Shown: positions 24,700 to 37,759 of the stretch, piece after piece | Position numbering within the stretch: the first letter of the stretch is position 1 | How the letters are laid out: every line of letters starts with the position of its first letter | Origin: Dicyema japonicum | Taxonomy: Eukaryota; Animalia; Dicyemida | Length of the DNA: 64,000 nucleotides | Direction: 5' to 3' | Assembly (NCBI GenBank): GCA_011109175.1 | Contig: RDEW01000001.1 | Span: forward strand, 1,254,360-1,318,359 | Made by a program: the position numbers and the translations under genes | Notes under the pieces: model-generated | Told to the model about the DNA's origin: nothing | Databases searched by the model: none | The model's input: only the letters and a program-made list of their open reading frames with translations

Positions 24700-25990
24700 T
24701 TCCTCTTGGTAAATTGGTCCAACATGGGGGATCAGAAGTTGCATATAAGGATGATGTTGTCATAATAGTTTCAAAACAGTAATATCCATGTTAAGCACTT
24801 CCACCATACCGACTTCATCCACATCATCTGCAGCAGTGAACCATATTTTAAGTAGAAAGAGCTAAGGAAGAGTAGGCTGATAAATAGTCCTAAGCTCCGT
24901 CCTTAGGGTCCAGAAGATTTTAGATGGAGTCTCAACCATTTTCCGAGAGCAATACCGTCGGTCACGGAATTACAGTCATTTGCTTAACCATTTACCGAGT
25001 ATTATTGAGTCTCAACGATTTTCAAAGAGCGATACAGAGACTCACTCACCGAGCTCTTGGACTTGAAATAAAATTGACTGGAATCCAGATAGTCCTCATT
25101 TTTATCTTTCAATTTGGGCCGGACAAAATTGGAATTCGGAAAACTTCGAGTTTTCAATATTCATGAGTCAGTCACCTCGTTCATGTTTACGGTAAGAAAA
25201 AAGACAAGACAAGTCCGTCATGAAACTAAGTAGTTTTTCAGAATCGGTGGTCCTTTTAATAATTCCAGCAGGATACAGATTTTAACATTTCAGAGAATTT
25301 AATAGTGCTTCAGACTTTTCTAATAAGAGTTCCCTCTTTGGGTGCTCTCTCTTGAATGTTATGTTTTCGCTCTGGTGCAGACCGTCGCATGACTATATAG
25401 CAAATTCGTAAAACCGACGGTCGGGTCCATGTGTACGTATCCGCGTCAAATAACAGGAAATTTCACTCCGTCAAGAACATGATGGTCGGCAAAACAGTCA
25501 CTAAAAAGAACTCTTCACTTCTCTCATTTATGATTCCTCAGTCAAAAAGTGGTTCCTATTTTTTCTACTTAGCAGATAGGAATCAGATCGAATCCATCGA
25601 TCAGCTATAGACGCCAGAGTCCTGTAAGCAATGCAAGTGACTTTTTCAAATCCTTTAAAAGAGAAACGGTATAAATAAAAAATGGTGAGAACTTTGAAAA
25701 GGATCAAGTGATCAGTTTGTTCAAATGTCCCCGGATATACCCGAAATAGGTTTTATCCAGTTCCTTGAGTTCATTTCCTAGCATAACGTCCTTTCCAAGT
25801 ATCCGCCAGTATGGGAACCCCTTCACTGAGGGATCTTTTTAAAGGTATCTTTTTTGAACATCGGCCAGGTATTGGGCGTCTCATGAGTTAAGTTGATTCA
25901 AGGAATAGAAGAAGGAAAAGAGCAGAAAGAAAATCCTCCAGCAAAGTAGATAGCAAAATGAAAATCAAACTCACAGATAAATACGACGCG
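24700..25990 (-). CDS. Hypothetical multi-exon gene, head-to-head with LAMTOR4
   Basis: Higher-GC stretch with open frames broken by candidate micro-introns; structure not resolved. Confidence 0.3.
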
Positions 25991-26227
25991 AACAAAAGTA
26001 CTAACCACTACTCCGCTTGTTTCTACACAGAAAGTCGACGCGGGTATATAATAAGGTCAGTTCATTTTATAAAAAGTCAGTTCATTTTAATTTAAATTTA
26101 TTGAACCAAGAAACTTTTCAGATCAAAATACATATTATCAGATCTATTATTAATTTAAATTAAAATGAATTATTTAATATTTTGAATTATTGGTTTAGTT
26201 AAATTAAATTAATTATCGACTTAGTGG

Positions 26228-26534
26228 ATGGTATTTCATGATGATATTCAAGAAGCCAGTGAAGATTATATGGTTATATCTAAAGACGATACAATTATAG
26301 CTGTTATTGATTACTTTTACTTTTAGTCCAACGGATTACTCAAAAATGACGCTCGTGTTGCTAAAATTTTCACAAACATGCGGGATGCCCTGATGTCTCT
26401 GAGAAAGAAAGAAGACCATGTGAAGAAGATCGAAAGTATACGGAATTTTTACTGTAGTTGTGATTGATTCTTTAATTTATTCAGTTGGATTTAGCAGGAA
26501 TAATCAAATATTCGTCATTACACGGCCATTCTAA
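26228..26534 (+). CDS. LAMTOR4: Ragulator complex subunit LAMTOR4
   Basis: MVFHDDIQEASEDYMVISKDDTIIA|SNGLLKNDARVAKIF...KIE|IVIDSLIYSVGFSRNNQIFVITRPF*; aligns by eye to [23 protein letters not shown]; introns of 24 and 22 nt. This gene is missing from the ORF track. Confidence 0.75.
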
Positions 26535-26619
26535 CAAATTTCACACCAATCGTTAACCTTATGTTTTAATGAAAAGTTGATTTCTATAAAAATTTAATTT
26601 GTCTTTTCTAAGCACGATT

Positions 26620-27980
26620 TTATCATTCCAATCGGTCACTATGTTCTCTTGATTCAGCCTACTTGCGAGAACTGAGAGCCTGTCAAGACCCTCTAGAGAA
26701 GATTGAGCGATTAGTGATTATTTCATTGATGTTGCACTTTCTAGCAACGAATTTTCCCGCTAAAAGCCTGCTGGGAGTTTGTTTAAAAGTCAGGACCTTA
26801 TCACTACGATAGTCAGTTTGATGTGAGGCTAGCAGTCAACCATATGTCTCTTTGTTTTAATAACCTCTTTCACGGAACAATAATTATCAATCATGTGTAA
26901 TAATTGTTTAGAAGTTTTCACAGTCATCGTGCTGGGATGGTATTTTGGACTTTGGATTTATCCAGAACCTCATCTCTCTCATACCATCCTTGAAAGCCAC
27001 TGAGTTTGTCTTGTTGGCCTGTCTTTCGTAAAGTATATTACTGGATGCAAGACTCCCATATGACTGTACAGTGAGAAATGAGTTTGTGTAGTGGTACATT
27101 AGATTTTCTCGCATTTACACTCATTGTCATTATTGCAGGTGATAAATAGTCCAGTCACGTGCTCTTAATGGCTGGAAGGTACTTTAACTCTTTCCAAAAG
27201 ACTACAAGCCTAATCAGCAACAATATTATGAGGACGCATAACACTCAATAACTGACCTACAAAATGACATCATCCTAATTGACTTTCTAGGCATTTGTCA
27301 TCAGAAAATTTACCATATCTCATAACACGGGGTCACTCAAACGTCTTACTCCTTAGGAGAATATAAACACGTGGTCAAACAAACAGAAAGAGCCCAGAAC
27401 TTTCCCTAAAAGAATAAAAATCTACTCACAGACAACGAGGTAGTAAATTCAACAATGCCTCAGTGTATAATCAAAACCTCTTACATTCACTAAAATACAG
27501 ACACGTGGTCAGTCGACAGGAGACTGTAAAGAAGTAAATCGAAGGAAAGAAAATAAATCACTAACTAAAATAAAGCATCTTTCTGTCTGATAGCAATCAA
27601 ATCACAAAGGTGGATAAACACTAAGAACAGTAAGGAAGAAAAACAGGAGGAAATGCCCGACTTTACGGAGATCTAAGTAAATGAGGGGAGATTACCAGAG
27701 GTTTTTCGAGAGGGGCAAAACAAAGGAGGATGGGATATGTCAACAAAACGAGGCCAATCCCACCGAGGAAGAAGGATAAAATATCAGGGGATTCGTCACT
27801 ACGTCTATTCAGGAAGACGAGGATTGAATAAACAGGTATAAAAACGAATATTGTGAGAGGAAGCCAATTACTGCAATTAGCATAAAGCAACTTTTCCATT
27901 GAACAGAACATAATTAACAGTAGAATCCCTAAAGAAGCAACGGAAGATGCCAAAATTCCCCTAAAAATTATAAATTCCAC
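26620..27980 (-). CDS. Hypothetical multi-pass membrane protein; 3' extent uncertain
   Basis: First exon of ~95 aa has three hydrophobic segments, followed by the intron gtaatctcccctcatttacttag. Confidence 0.4.
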
Positions 27981-28289
27981 GTTTTACCAACCCTAAAATA
28001 TTACTATTTTAAAACCCACACAAAACAAGACGCATTAAATTTCAAAAATACTATTTATTTATGCCAAATATATACAAAATTACTTAAGAATATTACCAAA
28101 TAATATATTAATATTTATTTAGAATTCCACTGAGCAAGAATGAGATGGCTACTCGAGGCGGCCGGAATCACTTGACGGCTATGTAGTTATCAGGAAAATG
28201 AAGGCCCATCCATTTTCCTGAAAGGTTTGTGGCTTAATTTGTCGGTGATTTTTGGTTTTTAATAATAACAATAATAAAGTTGAACTGAG

Positions 28290-28600
28290 CAGGGTGGCAT
28301 ACTGGTTAGGTGTCGGGCTAAAGTTACTTAGGTTACGAGTTCGATTTTTGCTGCTGTTTACCTGTCGGAAGGTTCCACACATCTACGATGCTAAAAAGGC
28401 TTGACGTCATCAGTGGACTCTCACTGTGGAACTGGATAGTCAAAAAAGGACCCACACACAAGAAAAAGAAAATAGAAGTAAAGATTATTCCTTGGTTCTA
28501 CGATTAGTTAAAATTAACTGTTCTTTACTTAAATAAGATGTGTCTCCTGCTTATGCGGAGCTATAAATACCACGGCTCCGTGAAAAAGGCTATTATTATT
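28290..28600 (+). mobile_element. SINE family A, copy
   Basis: Head gttcgattt, core gaaggttccacacatctacgatgc, 3' stem cggagc/gctccg, tail tattattatt. Confidence 0.8.
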
Positions 28601-28629
28601 AAGTCGAACTGAAGGCAAACAATGAAGCT

Positions 28630-29030
28630 ATTCCTTTCAGAAAATCTCAAATGATCCTTGGGGTGACTTTTGACATGCAGATGTCATTCTCGCCCCATGT
28701 TGAAAACATAATTACGAAATGCAAAAAGAAACCTAATTTTCTGAAATGCCTCACAGGCTTATAGAAGATCGAAAAGCATTTTGTTTTGAGCACTGTATAT
28801 AAACAATTCATTGAACCATGCATCTCTTATGCATGTGGTATATGGGGCCCATTCATCTCTTGGACAAATGTCTTGAAGATCTAGGCTAGCCGTAAAAGAG
28901 CCTGCAAAATCACCGATACGTGATTGTGTGGGGTCGAGGGAGGAGCATCGGGCCGAGATAAGGTCCCTGCTAGAGCGTGCTTGGATGACGTGATTAGTTA
29001 GTTTGTGTGACCGTGGTCTCCGAAGGGGGC
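28630..29030 (+). mobile_element. Jockey/I-like LINE 3' fragments
   Basis: ILGVTFDMQMSFSPHVENIITKCKKK...YKQFIEPCISYA; homologous to 32480-32975 and 35110-35290. Confidence 0.7.
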
Positions 29031-29483
29031 CTATATAGTAATTAATAAATAATAAATAAATTTTCATTTCATGAATAACCGCGTCTTGACTATGCTCAGA
29101 AAATCCCGGCCATACAAAAAGGCTTTTGGAATGACAGAGTAGTCTATAAGAATAAAGAATTTGATATCGAAAACCTTGGAATAACCAACGTGTTCCTAAT
29201 CCCAAGGAATAACCAACGTGTTCAGGAGAAAACCCGACCCCAACGAGCTTTGATTTAAATAACCGCGTAAAAATAAAACACCAATTCAATATCTATTTTG
29301 TAGTATCCGATTCTGAAGAACTATCTTTGGAATCCTTAATTTTTAAAACCGAGAAATTCTCGTGTATTTCTGAGCATCCAGTTCTGCGCCTTATTTGCGC
29401 TTGTGTTGGTTCGACAGAGGAACATCAGGCCAAGGTACGGTCCCTCATGCAGCGTGTAAATTTTTATTTAATTTAAAAATTTG

Positions 29484-29800
29484 GGTGGGACAGTGTAACG
29501 GTTGCCGGACTAGAGGCCTGAAGGTCGCTAGTTGAATCCCGATATTGTACATTTCGGTTGAAGGTTCCACGCATCTCTATGCTTTGGCTTGACGATTGAC
29601 TCTGTCATCAATGAACATCTCACTGCCGAACCGGATCGTCTATATAGGATATACACCCAACAACAACAAAACAAAAGCAGTGAATAGCATTCCTTGATTC
29701 TCCCTCATCGAATAGTTATGATAAATTCCCCTTACGTAGAATAAAGTGTGTGTTTCTGCCTGAAGGGAGCGATAGCTGATATGGCTCCTCGGAAAGTGCA
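29484..29800 (+). mobile_element. SINE family A, copy
   Basis: gttgaatccc head, gaaggttccacgcatct core, ggagc/gctcc stem, gaaagtg tail. Confidence 0.75.
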
Positions 29801-30299
29801 TTTTTTTAATTTAAAAATTTCATAATCGACCACTCTGCCTGATTGGTCCAATCAATATGGTGAAAAAAAACTTGATTAACCTGCCCAAACAAAGGATTGC
29901 TATGCAGTCCACGACATTGAGGCGGACTACGTCATTATAATAAGACCACTAAAAAAGCAGTGGATTTTTGTCAATGACGTCAAATTGACAGGCCGCTGTT
30001 ATGCGTGGTCAGAAGACGTTCATACACTTAAACTTTGCGCTCGCCCTTATATACGAACGTTCCCAGAACAACGATATTTTCATACATATGCCTCCTTCCA
30101 CATTTCAGAAATACGAAAAATTATCACGAGAAAGATGCACCTCAGGACAAAACAAAGACTAGTAAAATTATATTATTAAAAAAATAAGAATAAACAATTT
30201 CCGGGTTAGGATTTTCCTTAAGACAGAGTCAATCGATCGAACAGACAACTGTTTTGAGGTGACGAGGATTTGTGTTAAAGCCTTCAATAATAAATTGGT

Positions 30300-31900
30300 T
30301 GAGGGAAGTTAGGTGGAAGTTGAATGACCCCTTCTAAATCCATGTTGTGAAAACGAAAAAGGAAAAAACAGGATTATAAAATTAAGAATCAATTTTTCCA
30401 ATAACTTTGATAAGGTGAATAGTAAAGAGATTGGTCGAAATGATGCAGGATTGTCTTTAGGCTTGCCAGGCTTAAGGATTGGGCGTATATAGGACAGTTT
30501 CCAGATAGTTGGAATTGTATTCATGTTTATTAAATAGTTGAAAATCACTGTGATTGCATCAATCGCAATAGGTCCAAGGTGTTTTAGTAAAATACCAGGG
30601 ATAGAATCTGGCCCACATGAATGGGAAGAATTCATCCTTTTCAAACCCTCACTGACATCTGAATGAGAGATAAAGTTAATCGGCTTTGTTCTCTTCGGTC
30701 TTATTGAGGATAAAGAAGGCCCATCCATTTTCCTGAAAGGTTTGTGGCTTATATTGACGTAATTTCATGAGCTTGCTAAGACTGTGCTGATCCGTCTGTT
30801 GTCTTTTAAAATTTCCTTTTGATCCAAGTTGTTTAATTTCTCTCCATATCTTCTGAGCAGATTTCTGAAATGGAAGGGAAGATACTAGTTTGTCCCATCT
30901 GTTTGCTTCTGTTTTTCTAATCCTTTTAGATATTTCGTCATTGAGAGTTTTTGTTTGATTTTTCTGTCCGGGAAAGGAAGGTACATGTCTTTTCAGGCGA
31001 TTCCTTTCTTTAATTAATGACTTGGTGTTCTGATCAAGTTTTTCATTGTAGAATTTAAATGATCCACGCGGAATGAATGTTCTCCGCGCCATGAGAATAG
31101 TTTTGTTTAGAAAGTCAATAGCTTTATCTATTGAGGGGAATATCATCATATCAAAGTTTACTAGAGCTTGATCGATGTATTTTGAATAGTCATTCCAGTT
31201 TGCTTTTTTATAGTTGAAAAATGAAACAGTCTCTTTTCTGTGGTAAAGAACTTTTTTGGTTCGAATAATGATTGGATTGTGGTCGGAAGATAATCCATAA
31301 TGCACCGTCCAAGATGTGTCCGGTACAAGGTTTGGGAACAGAAGGTAATGTCTGGGGACGTTGAAGCTTCGTTTTCCTTGTAGGAGTCCTAGTGTGCTTC
31401 CTAGGGTTGCTGAGGATAGTCAGAGAGGTGAGTTGGTTAAATAAGGATAATCCTCTTGAGTCTGCTGGATGTTTAGCATTAAAATCTCGCACAATATCAG
31501 TTTTCGAGCTTGTTTAACTTGGTTAGGTTTAGAGAGAATCCTTTTGGGCAAGAAGATGGAGGATGGACGTAGATGTTTGTAATGTTGAGAGTCCCGAATC
31601 CACTTGTAATTGATATCCCAGATATTTCCGTGGTCCCATCGTTTATTAGTGATTGTAGTTTCGCTGAGGTGTCCGTAAATCGAATGTTATCTCTTATAAT
31701 GACGAGGAGACCTCCACCACGACGGTTTGAGCGATCCAGGCAGATGCAGTGGTATCCTGGTAAATGCAGGGAAGGTGATGATGGAGTAAGTCTGCTTTCT
31801 TGAAGTAAAATCAGTCAATGTTCTGTTATTTAATAAAAGACCGTAGTTCGAGAATTTTGCTTTTGATTCCGTTGATGTTTATCTGCAGAATTGAAAATGG
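30300..31900 (-). mobile_element. Jockey/I-like LINE 5' half: AP endonuclease plus RT N-terminus, frameshifted
   Basis: QININGI, LQE, RRGGGLL, DFNAKH and SSDHNPI (APE); GPDSIP...KPGKPKDNPASFRPISLL...QHGFRRGHST (RT). Confidence 0.9.
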
Positions 31901-32229
31901 AGCCTATATTAAGTTCAATGTCACCGGCGAGAATTATCAGGAACCCATTCACCGAGGGGGATTAAGAAAGGGAAGAGGTCGTCGTCCGAAGAGTCCTTCT
32001 TCGGATGGGAAGTAGTTAATGGCCCTTTTCCGCTGTGCATTAAGAGCACCCTGAACGCCTCCAGAGCTTTCATAACTGATAGACCACATGACGCCACGTT
32101 TTAATTGCAATTAAAACAGATTTTACTAATATTATAATATATTTACTAAATCTAAATGATATATTTAAAAAATTAAAATTAATTGAAATTTTTTTTAGTG
32201 CATAACAATGCTCTTTCTCTTTCTGGCTG

Positions 32230-32975
32230 ATTTCCCGAATCTTGAATCTGATAATGATGTTCTAATTTCCTATGTGGATGATATTGCGTTGGCTTCGCGA
32301 TATCAGGACATCCAGAAAGCCACAGAAAGAATCAAAATAACCTTGACAGGCTTAATGCCTCGATAATGGAAAACCGGCTCGTGGTGAATGCAGAGAAGTC
32401 GTCTACGTCACTATTTACCTCTGAAAAAAGATTGGGAAGGAAGACAGTGACCTAGAAGTTAAACAAGATCGGCATTCCTTTCAAAAGATGTCAAAGGATC
32501 TTGTGTATGACAATTGATATGCATCTCTGTTTGACACCTCACGTAGAAAACATTCTATTAAAATGCGAGAAGAAACTGAACTTATGGAAAAGTTTATCGG
32601 GAATATGGAAGAGTGGTACTCACCCAGTCTTGATGAACGTATACATACAGTACATCGACCCATGTTTCTCATATGCATGCGCCTCGTGAGGACCCTCCAT
32701 ATCTTAAACAAATATGAGGAAAAATGAGGGAATGCAAAAGAGGGCTTACAGAGTAACGGAGAGTTGGATTTGTGAAGATCACCGAACCGGACCTACGCCT
32801 CTGGAGTCCCTTATGAGACTAGACTCCAGATCACGTGAAGGTGGCCCTGAAAATTCAGGCAGTCCTGTACTTTCATGCGCGGGCACGAAGGAAGAACACC
32901 GGGCAAAGATGAGGTCTCTGTTAGAATGCATCGGGATCACGTGATAACTAGTTTGATTTTACCGTGGTCATGCGT
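32230..32975 (+). mobile_element. Jockey/I-like LINE 3' part (YVDD to 3' tail)
   Basis: SYVDDIALASRYQDIQKATER; ends EEHRAKMRSLLECIGIT* followed by the family tail. Confidence 0.8.
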
Positions 32976-33498
32976 TAAAAAAAGATAGGTGACTCTCATG
33001 AACTTATATTTACCCCAACATAGTGTTTCCTGTTAACTTATATCATTGCATCTGGCACTATGTCACGACGGAAGATAAGGTTATTAAAATCATGTAGGAA
33101 CTCAAAGGTCGCCTAGTCTTTATGGCAGTGTATCAAAGGGGATATAAGTAATAGACTTTATATAAATTGTAGAAGATATAGATTATCGGGGAAGGCTTGG
33201 ATTACTGTGAACTTTGAATGTAGCCAAAGCTAGTTGACCTGTGTGTTATCAGACCACCATGATGGAAGCCACCTATTTGCGCAGACAGAAGTATTGAGTA
33301 GCAATCAAAATTTGAGATTGGAGAAAAGATAGATAACAATGACTTTAGTAACAAGATAAATGGCGTTTTTTATGTAGTCAACCTGGTCGATGTGTTTAAG
33401 TGTAATTCCATTAATATTGTATGGCATGATTCTATATGATTGTTCGAATGTGTGATAGTAATTATTCTGTATGCTTTTAGAATTCATCCGAATCTGTT

Positions 33499-33570
33499 GG
33501 CTACATGGCTCAGTGGTAGAGCGTCTGTCTAGTAAACAGAAGGTCGTGAGTTCGATCCTCACTGTAGCCT
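33499..33570 (+). tRNA. tRNA-Thr(AGT)
   Basis: Full cloverleaf: GGCTACA/TGTAGCC acceptor stem, GCTC/GAGC D-stem, TCTGT-CTAGTAA-ACAGA anticodon arm, GTGAG-TTCGATC-CTCAC T-arm; T-run terminator immediately downstream. Confidence 0.95.
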
Positions 33571-33600
33571 GTTTTTTCTTTTTTATGTTCAACTATAATA

Positions 33601-33680
33601 CAGTCCGACACCGTTCCGGGGCATTTTTCATTTGGAGTCTATTTTCCAGCATTAATTTCCAAATTTGGAAATTTTTCTGG
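33601..33680 (+). repeat. Solo pogo-like terminal sequence
   Basis: TA|CAGTCCGAC...atttccaaatttggaaat, homologous to 7520-7617 (reverse). Confidence 0.55.
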
Positions 33681-33689
33681 AGCATCTAA

Positions 33690-34400
33690 TTGTTTCATTA
33701 AACGCATTTTATTAATTCCAACAGGTACATTCTCAACGCCTGTTATTCTTTTCAATATTGATCTCTAAACACGCATCTTTCTTTTTCCAAACGTCTTCCC
33801 AAAAGTCTGCACATTTTCCATTATCAATAGAAGTAGTAACATTATTTGCCGTAGGGGTTAAGTTTCTGTAAAAATGATCTTCGATCTAATTCAAAGTTTA
33901 GATTATCAAGGCGAAATCTCTTGCGGGACTCAAATACACACAATTTCTTCTCGAGAATTTTAATTTTATTTTCAATGCACAAAGTAATCTTGCTCTTTCA
34001 CCATGGTTCTTCTTTTTATATCCCACTAACGATGATGCGTGAAAAGCCATAGGTTTTTCCTCGGTTGACAAAGTCTTGATAATAAATTTTTTAATTAGCA
34101 AAAGAGATGATTTCCACTTTTCAATTTTTCTACTAATATTCTTTTTCCATTTTGATGGTTCATTTTTTTACTGAGATGATCTGATATGTAACTTGACCAG
34201 CATAAATAAGAGTAGAAATTTGATCCATAGAAGTTATAGAGTTCTTTTGAACCCAGTGGTTAATGACACAGTTCAAACACTCCAGTAAGTTATTGGCAAT
34301 CTTGACATACGGAATCTTTTTGGTTTGAGGTCTCGAGCTTTGTTCAATTTGCTCGACAATTATCAGTTGTTCCATAAATGTGCGTCGGTAGTGATCTTAA
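33690..34400 (-). mobile_element. R4/Dong-like RLE LINE 5' relic
   Basis: STLIYAGQVTY and NFELDRRSFYRNL...CADFWEDVWKK resemble the pre-RT region of the R4/Dong clade. Confidence 0.5.
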
Positions 34401-34959
34401 AATTTAGGGTCCAAGACGGTGGGAGACATATCAGGCTTAGAATCTGAGGTCCCCTTCGAATTATGTTCATTGCTTGATAATTGTTGGCGTTTTTGGACGT
34501 ATATCAGTTTTTTAAACTAAGACATTGTTATTTCCTCTCCAAACTTAGACTTGAACCCTTCCAAGAGAATAGCCCATCCACCTCTGGGGACACTACCGAT
34601 TCTAGAGCGCGTGCTTTCAATAACAAGGTAGCCCATTGTTCCGACAATCAGCCGTTGAGGAGACATTATTGCTCGCAAAACCGAAAAATTCGTGTTGTTT
34701 TGCTGAGGACTCCTAAAAGCATCCGGAAACATGTCGGACAAGCTCGGCGGCCGTTCGATTTGGGTTTTCTTTACTCATTTCGGCACACAAGTCAGCATAA
34801 TCCGACGGATTTAGATGGTTCTTATCAAACATCAACAACAACCAACAACCAGCAACGTGTTAATAACCAATTAAATGTATTTTTTATACAAATTGATGGC
34901 TAAAAATCAAAAAATTGTTTTGTTACGCTCTCAGTTGAAAAATTCGGTTCCCAGACGCC

Positions 34960-35290
34960 TTCAAACAGCCAATGCTAAAACTGGAAGTTCAAAAGATGAG
35001 CCGGCGTTATTTATACCTTTGAATTTACTATGCTCCATGTCTAAAATCCTGGAGAGGCTTGTGCACGGGTAATAAAAGAGTTCCTACAAGATAACCTTAA
35101 TAAAAATATTCTTTTAAATGCGAGAAGAAACTGAACGTATTATAAAGTTTATCGGTAATACAAAAAAGTGGTATTCACCCGGTCCTGATGAACGTGTACA
35201 GACAGTACATCGAGCCATGTTTCTCATATGCATGCGCCTCGTGGGGACCGTCCATATCTTGGACAAATATGGGGAAGATCGAGGAAATGC
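34960..35290 (+). mobile_element. Jockey/I-like LINE fragments
   Basis: PLNLLCSMSKILERLV; VYRQYIEPCFSYACASWGP. Confidence 0.7.
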
Positions 35291-35649
35291 ACAGTGATTT
35301 TTACTTAAATAGAAGACTAACTATCTCTGCACCGCATTTAACCATCAACGTACTCTTAATCCCCTTTACAAACTCTGTTATTGTGTGTTACAACGACCTC
35401 TTTATGACATTCAGTAAACACACTAACAACGTCATCTCGTCCTAACGAAAACTGAACTTTTTAAAAACTCTCCTTGGACAGCCAACTAAACGTTAGTTCA
35501 CTACGAAATGCATAAAAATCGACAACCAGGTACAAACCTGTTCACAACAAATCTAAGAAGATCGATAAAATGTAACATTTTAAGTAGATTTTATCGAAAA
35601 TGTTAGAAAGCATAAAATTTCATTAAAAATGGTTTTTTCATATTAAACC

Positions 35650-36070
35650 AAACTCATAATTGAGAAAGTATGACGATTTGCAAGGAAATGCACTCAATGA
35701 ACCAGTTACTTTCTCTTCTGTCACTTTTCCTCTTCGCGACGGGCGATCCGATTCTGTTTAGCAGGGTCAATGACCTGCTTCTATGATTCCTGTCGTTGCT
35801 TTTAATTGTCATTGATGCTTCTATGATTCAGGTTTTAGCTGTAAGCTTAAAAATAAAACTTCTGAGGATGCGTGTCGCTTCTTTACCTCAAGACAACATA
35901 TTGGAATTCAAAAAATAGAACAGCTCTGCAGAGAACTCGCTATCAACAAGTGCACGGACGCCCAAATCATTCTCAATCACAAGGAATCATGGAAAGATTC
36001 AATCAGACTGACTAAAATTTTCTATTTTTATGATAGTGAATTATTCAGAGATTATGCTACGAATAGGTAA
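35650..36070 (+). CDS. Possible small secreted Cys-containing protein
   Basis: Hydrophobic start MNQLLSLLSLFLFATG and a stop-free exon GFSCKLKNKTSEDACRFF...LCRELAINKC...; the splice junction is not resolved. Confidence 0.25.
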
Positions 36071-36289
36071 GCGACTTACATATTCGGTAAATCTCCTTCA
36101 AACTGTCCCTTAAAGATGGCTTTCTTAAAAATGTTGTAATTAAATTATTCCAAAGACCAAGGGTAAAACCAAACTAACTAGTTTCATGAGGCGCTCCAAC
36201 AGAAACTTCACCCAATACAATGATCCGAGGACATTATCCGAAAAGTCGAGGTCGATTCTAGTACTCGTCGCCGAGGACTGGAAATACCT

Positions 36290-36405
36290 CCCTTTAAATT
36301 CCGGCCAGGCATTCGGCGTCGTCTGAGTTAGGTGGATCCAATGACGCCACTAGAGAAAAAGAAGAGAAATTTTCAATCAGGTAGCCACGTGCCACCACAC
36401 GGCCT
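36290..36405 (-). mobile_element. SINE-like family B, partial copy
   Basis: ccggccaggcattcggcgtc...aggtggatccaatgacgccact matches 63325-63380. Confidence 0.6.
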
Positions 36406-36779
36406 AAAAATATTAATGCTTCTGTAAACATCACAAATGAGGTTATTCTCTATAGTTTCGTTACGTGTGAAGTGATACAACCTGAAGACTTTAATAGCCG
36501 TGAATTCGTGAGAAATGTGTTTCTACCTTAGAGTGCTTGCAGACATGAGATACGAAGCATGGGGTTAGATCCGATCCTCATAGTTGATGTCCATCTGATT
36601 GGAAGTTAACACGAGTATTTATTCGACAAAACTTTGTTGGCCGTAGTTTAATGCCTCTTGTCTTTAACCAATGACGGTTTTATGAAAACGTCTATAAAAG
36701 GATAGTCTTTAAGGAAATCAGTGAAATGCAGAGATCTGTGAGATCATCAAGTCAGGAATTGAGTTAAATTCAAAAATAT

Positions 36780-36880
36780 GGATAGAACACCGGGCAAAGA
36801 TGAGGTCTCTGATAGAATGCATCGGGATCACGTGATAATTAGTTTGGTTATACCGTGGCCTTGGGTTAAATAAATAAAAA
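36780..36880 (+). repeat. Jockey/I-like LINE 3' tail copy
   Basis: gaacaccgggcaaagatgaggtctctg...gatcacgtgataattagtttggttataccgtggccttgggttaaataaata; near-identical to 32896-32970. Confidence 0.8.
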
Positions 36881-36899
36881 TGCTACCTACTAATTCTTG

Positions 36900-37215
36900 T
36901 CAAATAGATCCCACCCGTGAGGTGACGAGTCCTTCTGGCACGACACAGTAGTTAATAGGGATCTTCCTACCTTTCTCCCTGACCAAATCCTCTGATGAAG
37001 ATTGCATTATGAAAATTATTCCGCTAAAGAATAAGTGATGTCCGCGACGCTAGGATGTGACACAAAAATGGAAAAGGGCGGACCTACTTCTCCACTTTTT
37101 TTCGGAAGCGGAAGCCTTAATGAAGTATTGGAAGATTGATTTGGTCGGCACAAGCAGATGTTCTCTCTTTGGTTCCTATCTTGGATTAGTTAGTTATGAC
37201 TAGGGGTGATAAATT
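36900..37215 (+). mobile_element. SINE family C, copy 1 (5'-truncated)
   Basis: Colinear with 43200-43490; ends ttagttagttatgactaggggtgataaa. Confidence 0.7.
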
Positions 37216-37339
37216 CTGTTTTTTTATTATTTTTAAACGTTCTCCCTTTATATTTAAAAAATTATAAAGTTAAAAAGTTAAAAAAATAAACCGTATGGTT
37301 ATTATTATTATTATCAGCACTGCGAGAAACATAAAAAAA

Positions 37340-37470
37340 CAAAAGTCAATTAAGGTTCCCTTGTGCCGCGCCGGCCACCCTTTGCACCAATCGCATCCAA
37401 AGGCCTCTCCGTTTCGCAAGATCTCTCAGTTCATCGAGGTCATCCATTGTTTTCAACTCCCTGCCTATGG
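37340..37470 (-). mobile_element. RTE-like LINE terminal fragment
   Basis: ELKTMDDLDELRDLAKRRGLWMRLV, homologous to 62600-62690. Confidence 0.65.
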
Positions 37471-37759
37471 TTAAATTTTTTTAACTTTACTTTTTTTTAA
37501 TTATAATAATAAATTTTTAAATCGTATGGTTAAATTTTTTTAACTTTATTTTTTTAATTATTTCAACAAATTATTATTTTACTATTAAATTGATATAGTT
37601 AAAAAATTATTTTGTTTAAAAAAATAAATAAAAAAATAAATATTAAGCATCATTTAGTTTACACGTTTTTTTATATGCCACGTATTTCTAAGTCTCCTCT
37701 GACTAAAGTAAAATTAATTGTTAACTAATTTCCAAGAGAATTTCAATTACATAATAACC

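Noticed and set aside
31930-32040. HDV-like ribozyme in the LINE 5' region (reverse strand ccccctcggtgaatggg resembles the HDV 3' end)
   Set aside because: The catalytic C position is T, the would-be L3 has no pyrimidines for P1.1, P4 cannot pair, and the region is better explained by a simple 8-bp hairpin (tccgaaga/tcttcgga).
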